64,000 nucleotides of DNA from a virus: positions 12,718-76,717 of IMG/VR virus record IMGVR_UViG_3300045971_000385; one strand, given 5' to 3'. Under the pieces are notes generated by a model. It was not told the origin of the DNA. It did no database searches and worked only from the letters and a program-made list of their open reading frames with translations. The position numbers and the translations under genes are program-made. This document shows, piece by piece, positions 19,077 to 29,732 of the stretch. Every line of letters begins with the position of its first letter. Position 1 is the first letter of the stretch.

Positions 19077-20477
19077 ATGTCACAAGATTTTTTCCGCGTC
19101 GAACGTGGTGTTGAGTTAGATGAATCAGTTCAAATGTTGCAAGGCGCGGGAGCTCCTGGTGCAGCTGGTGATTCTTCTTTAGCGCCAGTAGGTTCAACAT
19201 ATCAAGATAATTCAACTGGTGATCTTTATACAAAGATTACTGCTGGTGTTGGTACCAATAAATGGCAAAAAATGGCTTCAGAGTCATATGTTAATAATGC
19301 TGTTGGTGCTACAGTTTCATGGCGGGAACCTGCATTAGTACGTGATAACGTAGCTACTGTTGTTCCAGCTGGTGTTGCAACATCTCCAATCGTTGTTGAT
19401 GGTGTTTCAGTTACTGACGGTCAACGAGTATTATTCTCAGCTATTACTGGTGGTAATGGTAAAAATGTCTACATTTATAATCAAGCAACTGGATTATTCG
19501 TTGAAGATGTAAACCAAGAATCAACTGGTGATGCTGCTTACGTTCAATCTGGTACATCTGCCGGTAAAACTTACATCTATAATGGTTCAGCATGGGTACA
19601 ATCTGATCAAGCTTCTTTAGATGAACTTGGATTTATCCGAGCTTTCATTGGTAAAGGTGCTGCTGGTGCAGAATCAACTGGATTCTCATCTACTAATTTC
19701 GTTTCAGATGGCACTTCACTTGAAACTGCAGTTGGTGCATTAGATGCAGAAGTTGGTCCAAATGTATCTCTTGGCAACTACATCGTTCCAGCTAATAAAG
19801 TAAATGGAAACATTCAAGCTTTAGATACTGCGATTGGTGCAAACGTTTCAGCTGGTAATCACATCACCCCAGCTAATAAAGTTCAACAGAACATTCAAGC
19901 TTTAGATACACAAGTTGGTGCTGAGTTAGCTGTTGGTAATTTCATCACTGCTAATCAATCAACTAATTCTGCTATCACAGCTTTAGATGCTGAGTTTGGT
20001 GCAAACGTTGTTAATGGTAATTTCGTAACAGCTGCATCAAAAGTCAATGCAAATATTCAAGCTTTAGATACACAGATTGGTGCTAATGTTGTTACTGGAA
20101 CATATGTAAGCCCAGCCAATTCAACAAATGCAAACATTCAAGCTCTTGACACAGCACTTTCAGTAACTACTCTTGAAACTGCCGTAACAAATGTAACGTC
20201 AATTCAAACAATCGATTCAGTTGCTGGTGGTTTAGGTGCTAAATGGTTGGTTAGAGTTGTAGATGCAGCGGACTCTACACGTGTCTATGCAACTGAAGTT
20301 TATGCAGTTGATAATGGTGTTTCAGCAGACTATACTCGTTATGCAACATTGAAAATCGGTAGCAATATTGCTGGTTTATCAGTCACTGTTGATCTTAGCG
20401 GTGGTGCATTGAGATTAAGAGTTGCGTCAACAGCAGCTGTTAATGTTTTGGCTCGTCGTGTAGGTGTTTTTGCTTAA
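19077..20477 (+). CDS. Fibre/structural protein with 27-aa repeats
   Basis: AATAAATA late box at 19020; GGGAG RBS; repeats ALDxxxGANVxxGNxxxxANxxNxNIQ. Confidence 0.8.
   Translation: MSQDFFRVERGVELDESVQMLQGAGAPGAAGDSSLAPVGSTYQDNSTGDLYTKITAGVGTNKWQKMASESYVNNAVGATVSWREPALVRDNVATVVPAGVATSPIVVDGVSVTDGQRVLFSAITGGNGKNVYIYNQATGLFVEDVNQESTGDAAYVQSGTSAGKTYIYNGSAWVQSDQASLDELGFIRAFIGKGAAGAESTGFSSTNFVSDGTSLETAVGALDAEVGPNVSLGNYIVPANKVNGNIQALDTAIGANVSAGNHITPANKVQQNIQALDTQVGAELAVGNFITANQSTNSAITALDAEFGANVVNGNFVTAASKVNANIQALDTQIGANVVTGTYVSPANSTNANIQALDTALSVTTLETAVTNVTSIQTIDSVAGGLGAKWLVRVVDAADSTRVYATEVYAVDNGVSADYTRYATLKIGSNIAGLSVTVDLSGGALRLRVASTAAVNVLARRVGVFA
19737..20159 (+). repeat. 81-bp (27-aa) tandem coding repeat, five full copies plus a partial
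   Basis: ALD codons at 19737, 19818, 19899, 19980, 20061, 20142. Confidence 0.85.
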
Positions 20478-20501
20478 TTAACCAAATAAAGGTCGTGCTT
20501 C

Positions 20502-23500
20502 ATGGCAGATATCAGTCTCTCTTTTTCAGCTGAAGGCGGTATCAGCCTTGATGATTTGGTTGGAATTTTTACAGGAACAATCGATCCTAGTGTAACGGGG
20601 GAAGTAGCCCCAATAGGATCGATATTTGTAAGACAGAATGGCCAGCTCTATCAAAAGACTGGCAGTCTTAATACTGATTGGATAAGATTTTCACAGGGCT
20701 TGGGCGAAGCAGTTAAAATATCAGCAACTGATACAACATCAGGATATTTAAATGCTAAACTAACTGTGAGCAGTTCTATAGTTAAATCAGTAGGTTCTCC
20801 AAGTGGGAACGAAACACTCAATTTAGATTTAGCAAATGTCGGTACAGCAGGCACCTATACTTCTGTCACCACCAATGCTAAGGGTCAAATAATAGCAGGT
20901 ACAAATCCAGGATTCTTAACGGCAAATCAGAATATTACTATTTCTGGCGATGCTACAGGTTCTGGTACAAATTCAATTCCTATTACGTTAGTTGATACTG
21001 GCGTAGTAGCAGGTGCATATTCAAACAGTAATATCTCTGTTGACAGTAAAGGTCGTATAACTTCAGCAACAGATGGTATGAGCGGCACTGACACCGCACC
21101 ATTTAAATCTAAAACTAATGCTCAGTCGGGTGCCCCAGGTAACGGACTTATTATCTGGAATAATGCTGTACTTGATTCTGCAACTTCAGTTAATATCAGC
21201 ACGCTCACGTCAAATGGTGTGAATGTTTCTGCATACTTTGCTTTACTTAAAACTAATACCACTTTATATTTCCAAGAGAAAGCTAGTGGTCAGAATTATC
21301 AAAGATGGTTAATCAACTCAATCACCAATAATTCTACATACTATACTTTTGGTGTAACACTGCTTGATAGTTCACCATTTAGTATTAGCAATAATAAAGA
21401 TATGGTGATCGCAATAGGAACAGTTGGTAGTGCTACATATGTTTCTTCTGTTAGTGCGTCTGCTCCAGCAGCTGGGTTTACAATTAGTGGTTCTCCTATT
21501 ACTACAACGGGCACATTTACTTTTGCCTTGGCAGATGATTTAGCTGCGGTTGAGGGAATCGCTACAACAGGTCTTGCTACAAGAACGGCTGCTAATACTT
21601 GGACTGCTAGAACTATTGCTGGAACTGCTGCTAGAATTTCAGTAGCTAATGGCGATGGAGTTGCTAGCAATCCAACGATAGATATATCATCTAATTATGC
21701 TGGTCAGGCATCTATTACTACACTTGGAACTATTACTACTGGCACATGGCAAGGTACCACCATCGCAACCGCTAATGGTGGTACTGGTAGAACTTCTATA
21801 GGAACAGCAAATCAATTATTGGGTGTAAACACTGCGGGTTCAGCATTAGAATATAAAACACTTCAAGTAGGAACCGGTTTAAATATTGCTCTTGCATCTA
21901 ATTTAATTACGCTTACAAATACTGGTGTGACATCTATAGCAGGAACAGCAAATCAAATAACTGCAAGTGCTGCTACTGGTGCTGTAACTTTATCATTGCC
22001 GCAAAGCATTGCTACTATATCATCACCAACTTTTGCGCAATTAACTGTTGGATCTGATCCAACATTACCGCTCCAAGTTGCAACTAAGCAATATGTTGAT
22101 AATGCAATTCAAGGTTTCAAACCAAAACAGAGTGTTAGAGCTGCTACCACCGTACAAATTTCATTAGTAGGTGCACAAACTATTGATGGTGTTTCAGTCA
22201 TTACTGGTGATAGAGTTATGGTTAAAAACCAAACATTACCAGCAGAGAATGGTATCTATATTGTAGCAGCAGCATGGGTAAGAGCTACAGATATGGATGT
22301 ATGGTCAGAAGTTCCAGGAACATTCGTACTTGTTGAAGAAGGGACTACTCAAGCAGATACAGCATGGGTGTCAACAGCTAACCAAGGTGGAACAATAGGA
22401 ACAACAGCTATAACTTGGGTACAATTTAGTTCAATGGCGGACGTTATAGCCGGAACCGGTCTTTCAAAGACTGGTAATACTCTGTCAATTACTAATTTAG
22501 GAACCGCTGGATCTTACAATAATGTTACAACGAATGCACAAGGTCAGGTAGTTAGTGGTTCAAATGTAGCATACATTACGGGTAATCAAACAATCGTTTT
22601 ATCTGGTGACATTACTGGTTCTGGCACAAATGCTATTGGTACAACTTTGTCTGCTACTGGAGTAACAGCTGGAACATATAAGTCAGTTACAGTTGATGCT
22701 AAAGGCAGAATTTCTGCCGGCACAAATCCAACTACATTAGCTGGATTTGGTATTGTTGATGCACAACCACTAAATGCATATCTTACATCTGAGTCTGCTC
22801 TTGCTACTAGCGGAATCGTTGTTAAAAATGGTTCAACAGCTTTAACACGCTCTATAGCAGTAGGCTCAACAAAATTATCAATTGCAAATGCGGATGGTAT
22901 TGCTGGTAACCCAACATTGGATGTAGTTGAATCAAACTTAACTCTTAATAATTTAGGTGGAACATTAGGAACAAATAAAGGCGGTACTGGTTTAGCAGCT
23001 ATAGGTACCTCTAATCAAATTTTGGGCGTAAATGCTGGAGCCACGGGATTAGAATATAAATCAATTATTGCAGGAACAGGAATAACTCTAGCTCAAGCTG
23101 CTGGATCAGTTACAATTTCTGCTTCTACTGGTTCAGTAACTTCTGTTGCAGCTACTGGTTCAACTGGTTTAGTTGTGGGTGGTTCGCCAATCACAACAGC
23201 TGGTACATTAACATTTACTCTCGGTTCAGAATTACAGGGATTATCTGGATTATCAGCATTAGGAATAGTAACTAGAACTGCTACTGGTACATACACAGCT
23301 AGATCGATTACCTCTGGTGTAGGAACAATAACAATAACGAATCCTTTAGGAACAGCTGGTAATTTTGGTTTAGATTTAACAACTATAGGAACAGCTGGAA
23401 CATATAAATCTGTTACAACAGATGCATTTGGTCGAGTGACATCAGGTACTAATCCAACTACTTTAGGTGGATACGGAATTACAGATGCAGTTAATATATC

Positions 23501-25169
23501 TCAGCTAGGTGTTGCTAATGGTGTTGCAACTCTTGATGCAACTGGTAAACTTACGATTGGACAATTACCGGCTTTAGCTATTAATGATACATTTGTAGTG
23601 GGTTCTCAGGCTGCAATGCTAGCACTTACTACACAAATTGGTGACTTGGCAGTTCGTACCGATTTAGGACATACATATGTTCAATCTGCATCTGACCCAA
23701 CTCTATTAACTAGCTGGACTCAGTTACTTGATGGTACTACGGGTACTGTTACTTCAGTATCTGCATCGCAGCCAGCACAAGGCTTGACTATAGCTGGTGG
23801 TCCAATTACTTCTGCTGGTACGTTAACATTTACTCTTGCAAATGATCTTGCTGCAGTGGAAGCTTTATCTTCTACTGGTATTGCAGTTAGAACGGCAACA
23901 GATACTTGGACGACGCGATCGATAGTTGCTGGAACAGGTATCTCAGTTGCAAGCCCAGATGGTGTCGCTGGTAATATTACTATCAATGCTTTAAATTCTG
24001 GTACGGTTACTTCTGTTGGATTAGCATTACCAAATATTTTTACGGTTTCTAATTCACCAGTCACAGCTTCAGGAACATTAACAGGCACGCTAGTTGTTCA
24101 ACCAATTAATACTGTATTAGCTGGACCTACATTTGGTTCGCCAGCTGTTCCTTCTTTTAGAACACTCGGATTTGCTACTAACGATATAAATGATGTAACA
24201 ATTACTTCTGCTACTACCAACCAAGTACTTACATACAATGGTTCTCGCTGGGTTAATAGTGGTGCAGTTGGTGCAAATGCTGCTGGATTGGTAGGTGTGG
24301 GTCAATCTGGAGCAGCAGCTTGGACATTATTATCTGGCACAAAATATTATGCCGATTTTGCTCATGCACTTGGAACATATAATGTAGTAGTTACGGTCTT
24401 TGACACAAGCACGAATTCAGTTGTTATTCCAGATAGCACCGTACTTACTAGCACTGGAAATGTTAGAATAACAGTTGTTGGTAATACGAGAACATTAAGA
24501 GTTGTTGTTGTTGCAAATGGACAATCGATCGTTGCTGGCGGTTCAACACCTTCAAGCGTCGTTACAGCTAAAGACGGTGTTACAATATCTGCTACTGCAA
24601 CTAAGTTAAACTTTACCGGTCAAGCAATAAATGTTGTTGATGCTGGTTCTGGTACAACTAATATTACTATAGGAGCAAGATATTCCTATTTTGCTAACTC
24701 ACTAGATACACCAAACAATGCAGATTTTGTTATTAATGCTTTAGCACCTGTTACAACTGATCCAACTTATAATTCTTTAAATGTTAGATCATTTAGCAAT
24801 ACCGTAGAGCAAGGTGTTGGATTTACTTGTTCTATTCCTGCTGGAGCAACTCAAGCTACATTTAAATTTAGAGGTAGAGCAACAACTGCTCCTGGTGCTG
24901 TTTCAGTAGTTCAACCTAGACTGTATGCAAGACAATTGCCAAATAATTCTGCAGTTGGTGCTTGGTCCGCAGCTAATGAATTGGCTAATATTTCTATTCC
25001 TACTAATGCATTCTTCCAGTATGCAACTCAGACTGTTTTATTATCAACTCTCGGTGTCGCGGCCGATAGATTGTATCAATTTGAATTAACAAGAAGAATT
25101 GCTGGTGTTACTGGAACAAACTTAGCATCTAATTTCTTATTAGCTGAAGTAACTGTGGAATTTGCATAA
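20502..25169 (+). CDS. Long tail-fibre-like protein (1555 aa, Gly/Thr/Ser/Ala-rich)
   Basis: Recurrent GTYxSVTxDAKGRI..GTNPTTLxGYGITDA fibre repeats, ATKQYVD, internal duplications. Confidence 0.85.
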   Translation: MADISLSFSAEGGISLDDLVGIFTGTIDPSVTGEVAPIGSIFVRQNGQLYQKTGSLNTDWIRFSQGLGEAVKISATDTTSGYLNAKLTVSSSIVKSVGSPSGNETLNLDLANVGTAGTYTSVTTNAKGQIIAGTNPGFLTANQNITISGDATGSGTNSIPITLVDTGVVAGAYSNSNISVDSKGRITSATDGMSGTDTAPFKSKTNAQSGAPGNGLIIWNNAVLDSATSVNISTLTSNGVNVSAYFALLKTNTTLYFQEKASGQNYQRWLINSITNNSTYYTFGVTLLDSSPFSISNNKDMVIAIGTVGSATYVSSVSASAPAAGFTISGSPITTTGTFTFALADDLAAVEGIATTGLATRTAANTWTARTIAGTAARISVANGDGVASNPTIDISSNYAGQASITTLGTITTGTWQGTTIATANGGTGRTSIGTANQLLGVNTAGSALEYKTLQVGTGLNIALASNLITLTNTGVTSIAGTANQITASAATGAVTLSLPQSIATISSPTFAQLTVGSDPTLPLQVATKQYVDNAIQGFKPKQSVRAATTVQISLVGAQTIDGVSVITGDRVMVKNQTLPAENGIYIVAAAWVRATDMDVWSEVPGTFVLVEEGTTQADTAWVSTANQGGTIGTTAITWVQFSSMADVIAGTGLSKTGNTLSITNLGTAGSYNNVTTNAQGQVVSGSNVAYITGNQTIVLSGDITGSGTNAIGTTLSATGVTAGTYKSVTVDAKGRISAGTNPTTLAGFGIVDAQPLNAYLTSESALATSGIVVKNGSTALTRSIAVGSTKLSIANADGIAGNPTLDVVESNLTLNNLGGTLGTNKGGTGLAAIGTSNQILGVNAGATGLEYKSIIAGTGITLAQAAGSVTISASTGSVTSVAATGSTGLVVGGSPITTAGTLTFTLGSELQGLSGLSALGIVTRTATGTYTARSITSGVGTITITNPLGTAGNFGLDLTTIGTAGTYKSVTTDAFGRVTSGTNPTTLGGYGITDAVNISQLGVANGVATLDATGKLTIGQLPALAINDTFVVGSQAAMLALTTQIGDLAVRTDLGHTYVQSASDPTLLTSWTQLLDGTTGTVTSVSASQPAQGLTIAGGPITSAGTLTFTLANDLAAVEALSSTGIAVRTATDTWTTRSIVAGTGISVASPDGVAGNITINALNSGTVTSVGLALPNIFTVSNSPVTASGTLTGTLVVQPINTVLAGPTFGSPAVPSFRTLGFATNDINDVTITSATTNQVLTYNGSRWVNSGAVGANAAGLVGVGQSGAAAWTLLSGTKYYADFAHALGTYNVVVTVFDTSTNSVVIPDSTVLTSTGNVRITVVGNTRTLRVVVVANGQSIVAGGSTPSSVVTAKDGVTISATATKLNFTGQAINVVDAGSGTTNITIGARYSYFANSLDTPNNADFVINALAPVTTDPTYNSLNVRSFSNTVEQGVGFTCSIPAGATQATFKFRGRATTAPGAVSVVQPRLYARQLPNNSAVGAWSAANELANISIPTNAFFQYATQTVLLSTLGVAADRLYQFELTRRIAGVTGTNLASNFLLAEVTVEFA

Positions 25170-25888
25170 TGGCTATTCAATCGAATGCAGCAGATATTCA
25201 CCTGCGATCTTCGCAGGCTATGAATCTATCAGCCCTAACCCCATTTAGTGTAACTACTTGGATAAATGCTACATGGAATGCAGGGATTACTGCATCATTT
25301 GTGGGGATTTATGGTCCAACAGTAGATACACCACTCGACCCACCAGTTACAGCTATGCAGATCGGATGTCAAGCTGGAACTAATGATCTAGTTTGTTGGA
25401 CATGGGGTGGTGGTGTCTTAGTTGCTGGACCAGCTGCTACTATGACTGGATTTAATGGCATTTGGGTATTCATTACTTACACATTTGATGGGACAACTCA
25501 TCGGGTATATAGGAATGGACTATTACTTGCCTCATCTACTAATGCTCAGATTCCAGGTTTCTTAAATCAGGTTTACATTAATGGATATCCAGGATCAGTA
25601 ACTGGAGAAGTTGCTTCATTTCAAACGGATCAATATGCTCTGTATAGAAGAACATTAACAGCAGATGAAGTACTAACAATTTATAATGCCCACGGAGCTC
25701 GACATGGAATAAATAATGGATTAATATGTCGATACGAATATGATGAACTATCACAGGGTGTAAATATATCAGCTGTTCCAGATTTATCAGGTAATAACAA
25801 TACATTAACTTTAACCGGCGCTGGAACAAATATGACATATACGTATACGAATACTTTTGCAAATTCAAATATTAGGCCAGTACAATGA
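25169..25888 (+). CDS. LamG/concanavalin A-like lectin domain protein
   Basis: FSVTTWI, WVFITYTFDG..HRVYRNG, ALYRRTLTADEV, DLSGNNN. Confidence 0.85.
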   Translation: MAIQSNAADIHLRSSQAMNLSALTPFSVTTWINATWNAGITASFVGIYGPTVDTPLDPPVTAMQIGCQAGTNDLVCWTWGGGVLVAGPAATMTGFNGIWVFITYTFDGTTHRVYRNGLLLASSTNAQIPGFLNQVYINGYPGSVTGEVASFQTDQYALYRRTLTADEVLTIYNAHGARHGINNGLICRYEYDELSQGVNISAVPDLSGNNNTLTLTGAGTNMTYTYTNTFANSNIRPVQ

Positions 25889-26766
25889 CAACAGAAATTT
25901 TAGGAAAGCTTTCATTTCTTCAGACACCAGATGTCAATGGAAGTGATGTGCTTTTAAATGCTGGTGGAGTTCCTCAGATTTTAGCTGGAACTACAGTCGC
26001 TAGACCTGCTGCTATTTTAGCGGGACAACTATATCTAGATATCACTCTTAATAAATGGTATAGAGATAATGGAACATCGTGGGATGATTTGACAACTGTG
26101 CCTCTTATAGATGGCACAGCCAACCAAATAACAATTGTTGATGGGACAAATGTAACTCCAACAAATGTCTCTATTGCTAATGACACAATTTTACCTGGGA
26201 ATGCAGGTTTCCGCCCACCAGTCGGAACAACAGCGCAGAGAAATGTAACTCCAGGAGCAGGTGATACTAGATTTAATTCAACAACTGCTAAAATGGAAGA
26301 ATACAATGGGGTTTTTTGGAAACCGCAAGGTCAGATTCTTCAAGTAGTATCAGGGTCAATACCTGCTGCATCAGGTACCACATTAGTTCCTCTGGATAAC
26401 ACATTACCATTAAATACAGAGGGATGGCAAATATGGACAAATACGTTTACACCAATTTCAGCAACATCGCGCATTATAATTAAGTTTTCAATAACTACTT
26501 CTAATAGTATTGCGACAGGAACAAATATTTGTTCTGTATTTGCAGGATCTACTAATATTGGCGTTGCTGCAACGAGATTAAGTATTGCTTCAGGCAGCGG
26601 AAATTTATCTTTCAGTATTGTTTATTCGCCCGGTTCAGCAGCTGCTATTACATTTTCATCTAGACTTGGTGGAACAGTTGCTGGAACATCTTATTGCAAT
26701 CAAATAGGCACAACAACCTTAGGTGGTGGCTTAGTATCAGAATATATTATAATGGAGATTCAATAA
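25885..26766 (+). CDS. Tail-fibre-associated structural protein
   Basis: GTTxxRP, PVGTTAQR..GDTRFN..EEYNG fibre motifs. Confidence 0.7.
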   Translation: MTTEILGKLSFLQTPDVNGSDVLLNAGGVPQILAGTTVARPAAILAGQLYLDITLNKWYRDNGTSWDDLTTVPLIDGTANQITIVDGTNVTPTNVSIANDTILPGNAGFRPPVGTTAQRNVTPGAGDTRFNSTTAKMEEYNGVFWKPQGQILQVVSGSIPAASGTTLVPLDNTLPLNTEGWQIWTNTFTPISATSRIIIKFSITTSNSIATGTNICSVFAGSTNIGVAATRLSIASGSGNLSFSIVYSPGSAAAITFSSRLGGTVAGTSYCNQIGTTTLGGGLVSEYIIMEIQ

Positions 26767-27275
26767 TGGCAGTACAGAAACCTACTTATATTGAAGCTAT
26801 AAGTGCATTAACTCCTAACATTGATGTTTCATCATTAGGAGATGGATCTGATTATGATTCATTAGTTTGGCAGGGTGGAAATCCTTTACCATCAAAAGCT
26901 GATTTAGATTTACTTGTTATTGAGAAAATAAAAGTAAGACAGTGGAAAGTTATCCAAGAAATTAGAGATGCTAAGAAGGATGGAGGAGTAAAAGTTGGCA
27001 ATAATTGGTTTCATTCTGACCCAACTTCAAGAATTCAACAGCTTGGATTAGTGATGTTTGGTGCAAATCTTCCACCTGGTATTATGTGGAAAACTTTAAG
27101 TGGAAATTTTGTCGTCATGACACCTACTTTAGCTCAACAGATTTTTATGGCTGTTGCTATGAGCGATCAGCAAATTTTTGCTGTTGCTGAACAAAAGAAA
27201 GCGGCAATGCTTGCAAGTGCCGATCCCCTAAACTATAATCAAGATGCTGGATGGCCAGCAGTATACGGAGAATAA
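26766..27275 (+). CDS. Tail-fibre assembly chaperone-like protein (DUF4376-like; start revised from 26694)
   Basis: IRDAK..GGVKVG..WFHSD..SRIQ, WKT..G.FV, GWPAVYG. Confidence 0.75.
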   Translation: MAVQKPTYIEAISALTPNIDVSSLGDGSDYDSLVWQGGNPLPSKADLDLLVIEKIKVRQWKVIQEIRDAKKDGGVKVGNNWFHSDPTSRIQQLGLVMFGANLPPGIMWKTLSGNFVVMTPTLAQQIFMAVAMSDQQIFAVAEQKKAAMLASADPLNYNQDAGWPAVYGE

Positions 27276-27280
27276 GAAAA

Positions 27281-27976
27281 ATGATGATAATGTTTAAATT
27301 AATAATGGGCGCAATTTTCAATGGCATATTGAAAGCTATTGAAAGTGGTGTAGCTAAAATTAAAGCTAAAGCTGCATTAGAATGGGTTGTCCAGCGGATA
27401 GGAAAAATAGAGTGGAAACAAACCCACGCTATTTCAGAAGAAGATAAACTAGCAATCCATAAATTATTAGCCGATGGTTATTATATTATTTTAACTCGTA
27501 GAAGTAATCATTTTTCTACTTATGCTATTTCTTTTGCTAATTTTATTCTTACTAGAAAATTTAGTTTTTATTCTCATTCTCTTATGAATTTAGAAGATGA
27601 AGTTAAGAGCCCGGATGATTTTAGATTGATAGAAGCAGTTGGAAAGGGTACTCAATATTCATCATTTGATACTGTGTTTGGCACCGTGGATGCAGTTGCA
27701 TTACTTAAACCTAAAGCATTATCGTTAGATGAATGGAATGATGTTATGGATAAACTAAAAAGCGAAATTGGTAAACCATATGATACTCTTTTCGATTTAA
27801 AATCTGATGCAGCAGTTAGCTGTGTCGAGTTAGTTAGAGATGCGCTTAGAGCAGATCCTGAATATGCGACCAAATATGCTGCATTTGAAGCTATGATAAA
27901 TAAGAATAGAAATCTTACTCCGCAAATGTATTTTGATTGCTCTGACTTTGAAGTAGTACATACAGTAAAAAGATAA
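27281..27976 (+). CDS. Permuted papain-like NlpC/P60 (YiiX/YebB-like) enzyme (start revised from 27251)
   Basis: YSHS..IEAVGKG..GKPYDTLF..SCVELV (His before Cys). Confidence 0.75.
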   Translation: MMIMFKLIMGAIFNGILKAIESGVAKIKAKAALEWVVQRIGKIEWKQTHAISEEDKLAIHKLLADGYYIILTRRSNHFSTYAISFANFILTRKFSFYSHSLMNLEDEVKSPDDFRLIEAVGKGTQYSSFDTVFGTVDAVALLKPKALSLDEWNDVMDKLKSEIGKPYDTLFDLKSDAAVSCVELVRDALRADPEYATKYAAFEAMINKNRNLTPQMYFDCSDFEVVHTVKR

Positions 27977-28354
27977 ATGTCTATAAACGCCTGCTCTATA
28001 AATGAGTTCACAATTAATACCTTATGCGGTAGGCGTAGAAGTGCAATAATAGAAGAGCTTCTACGGCCGCCAGTCATACAGACAAATGGCGGTTCTCAAC
28101 AGCATGTCAATCCTAATACTAAAGTTCCATTAAATATCTTTAGAAGAGACAGAAGAGAAGAAGATATTGTTGAAGATGTAAGAACACTTGAACAAGAATA
28201 TGTCGAAGTAAGTATAGAAATGATGGGTGAAAGATTTACACAGACTATTAAACAGGATGATATTTTACCGTTAATCACCATTTCACGAGTTACTCTGAAA
28301 GATAGATTAGAAGAACAAGTAAATATATCTGATTTTACAATTAGGATCATTTAA
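27977..28354 (+). CDS. Hypothetical protein
   Basis: Operon ORF. Confidence 0.65.
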   Translation: MSINACSINEFTINTLCGRRRSAIIEELLRPPVIQTNGGSQQHVNPNTKVPLNIFRRDRREEDIVEDVRTLEQEYVEVSIEMMGERFTQTIKQDDILPLITISRVTLKDRLEEQVNISDFTIRII

Positions 28355-28953
28355 TGCAACTCACCTTCCCTTCAGATAAGTCAATTGAATTATCATTTAA
28401 AGTCGGCATAGCCGGTACTAACAGTGCGCCTTCATCTGTTGCTATTGTTTTAGAGCGAAATTCAACAGCATTAAGTTTTAAAGCTGTCAATGGTGGTAGC
28501 GATGAATGGACAGCTATTATTGATAATCCAGGTTCTGTGTTTGAAGCCGGTGAAGTTAATCTTAGTGTCAATATAGTGTTGAATAATAGACTGTTTACTC
28601 CTATGAAATCAACTGCAACTATTGAAGCTGTCGCTAAAACTGCACCAGAAGCGCCCGTTAATGAACCAGTTCAACTCAATACTGATACTCAGTCAAATGA
28701 AATTCCAGCAATGGAAGAAGTAAATCAGGTTGAACAGATAAAAGATATTTTTAAATCTTCGTCTTCAAAGCCGGTTAAAACTGAATCTATTATTGAGAGA
28801 GTTACAGTTGCTCCTATCAAATTACAACTTCTTAAATCAATAGAGAAGGGAACAACAACAGTTAAACCGAAACCTATTGTCGCTGAACAAGTGATTAGCA
28901 AGAAAAAATCTAATACCCTAAGTATCAAAAAGACTAAAGTTGTTTATTTATAA
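28354..28953 (+). CDS. Hypothetical protein
   Basis: TAATG coupling. Confidence 0.7.
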   Translation: MQLTFPSDKSIELSFKVGIAGTNSAPSSVAIVLERNSTALSFKAVNGGSDEWTAIIDNPGSVFEAGEVNLSVNIVLNNRLFTPMKSTATIEAVAKTAPEAPVNEPVQLNTDTQSNEIPAMEEVNQVEQIKDIFKSSSSKPVKTESIIERVTVAPIKLQLLKSIEKGTTTVKPKPIVAEQVISKKKSNTLSIKKTKVVYL

Positions 28954-28960
28954 ACTATTA

Positions 28961-29025
28961 TTACTCAGAAGTAATAAAACTGTTACAATTTAACTGTGTA
29001 CTTTACTCAGGTTACATGATATAAT
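28961..29025 (+). promoter_or_regulatory. Early promoter cassette
   Basis: TTACTCagaAGTAA, AAAACTGTTACA, GTGTAC(28996)-N18-TATAAT(29020). Confidence 0.85.
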
Positions 29026-29055
29026 TAATCATAGTTAATATTATGAGAGAAATAT

Positions 29056-29616
29056 ATGTTATTCGGTGCTTTGGTGTATTTTTTATTATATCTTACAATC
29101 CCGTTAATATGTTGGGTAAAATTTGATATTTCTTGGCCCATGAGAATTTATTTTAAAATCTTATTATATTATTTTCTAGTAGCCATAATTACTTTTGCCG
29201 CTGTAGGTTTAACTTATATTGGAGATAATTCTTTCTATCAAGGAATAAATGCTTCAAGATTTAATTATAGTGCCGGTGTTGCTTGGTTTTTATCGCTATC
29301 AGGTTACATGATATTTCTTGCACCAATATTTCTTTTTGGTCAGTTAGCTTGGATGTGGGTTGAATTGAATCTCTATGGTGGTTTTATTCTATACACTTTT
29401 GAAATATTATCATTTTTTTACATATTTAGACCGTTAAACTTTATATTGAATATAGTTTTTGATGGCATTTTTTATTCTAAAGCAATGCATGAGGCAGCAC
29501 AAGCTAGATTATTAGCTGATTATGAAGCTGATAATATGGTGCCTAATCCTGATCTTAATAAACCTGAAGAAGAATCTATTAATTTTGAAACAAATGTTTT
29601 AAAAAGAAAAAAATAA
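29056..29616 (+). CDS. Multi-pass membrane protein
   Basis: About 4 hydrophobic segments, acidic tail; has its own promoter and terminator. Confidence 0.75.
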   Translation: MLFGALVYFLLYLTIPLICWVKFDISWPMRIYFKILLYYFLVAIITFAAVGLTYIGDNSFYQGINASRFNYSAGVAWFLSLSGYMIFLAPIFLFGQLAWMWVELNLYGGFILYTFEILSFFYIFRPLNFILNIVFDGIFYSKAMHEAAQARLLADYEADNMVPNPDLNKPEEESINFETNVLKRKK

Positions 29617-29630
29617 TTTTATCTTAACTG

Positions 29631-29656
29631 GAAAAGCCTGCTTAAGCAGGCTTTTC
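29631..29656. terminator. Intrinsic terminator (perfect 26-bp palindrome)
   Basis: GAAAAGCCTGC-TTAA-GCAGGCTTTTC. Confidence 0.85.
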
Positions 29657-29732
29657 GTTGTCCTGAAATCCCATTTGACTGCATTTTTAGTAAATAGTTT
29701 TGCGTACTATATACAAACAAATGGGGTTGATT

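Noticed and set aside
19737-20159. Regular 81-bp periodicity as a CRISPR array
   Set aside because: Degenerate in-frame coding repeat with synonymous variation; no constant repeat plus unique spacer structure and no cas genes
20651-24305. Antisense ORFs inside the 1555-aa fibre gene (and similar shadow ORFs elsewhere)
   Set aside because: By-products of biased codon usage in Gly/Thr/Ala-rich genes; no RBS or promoter support
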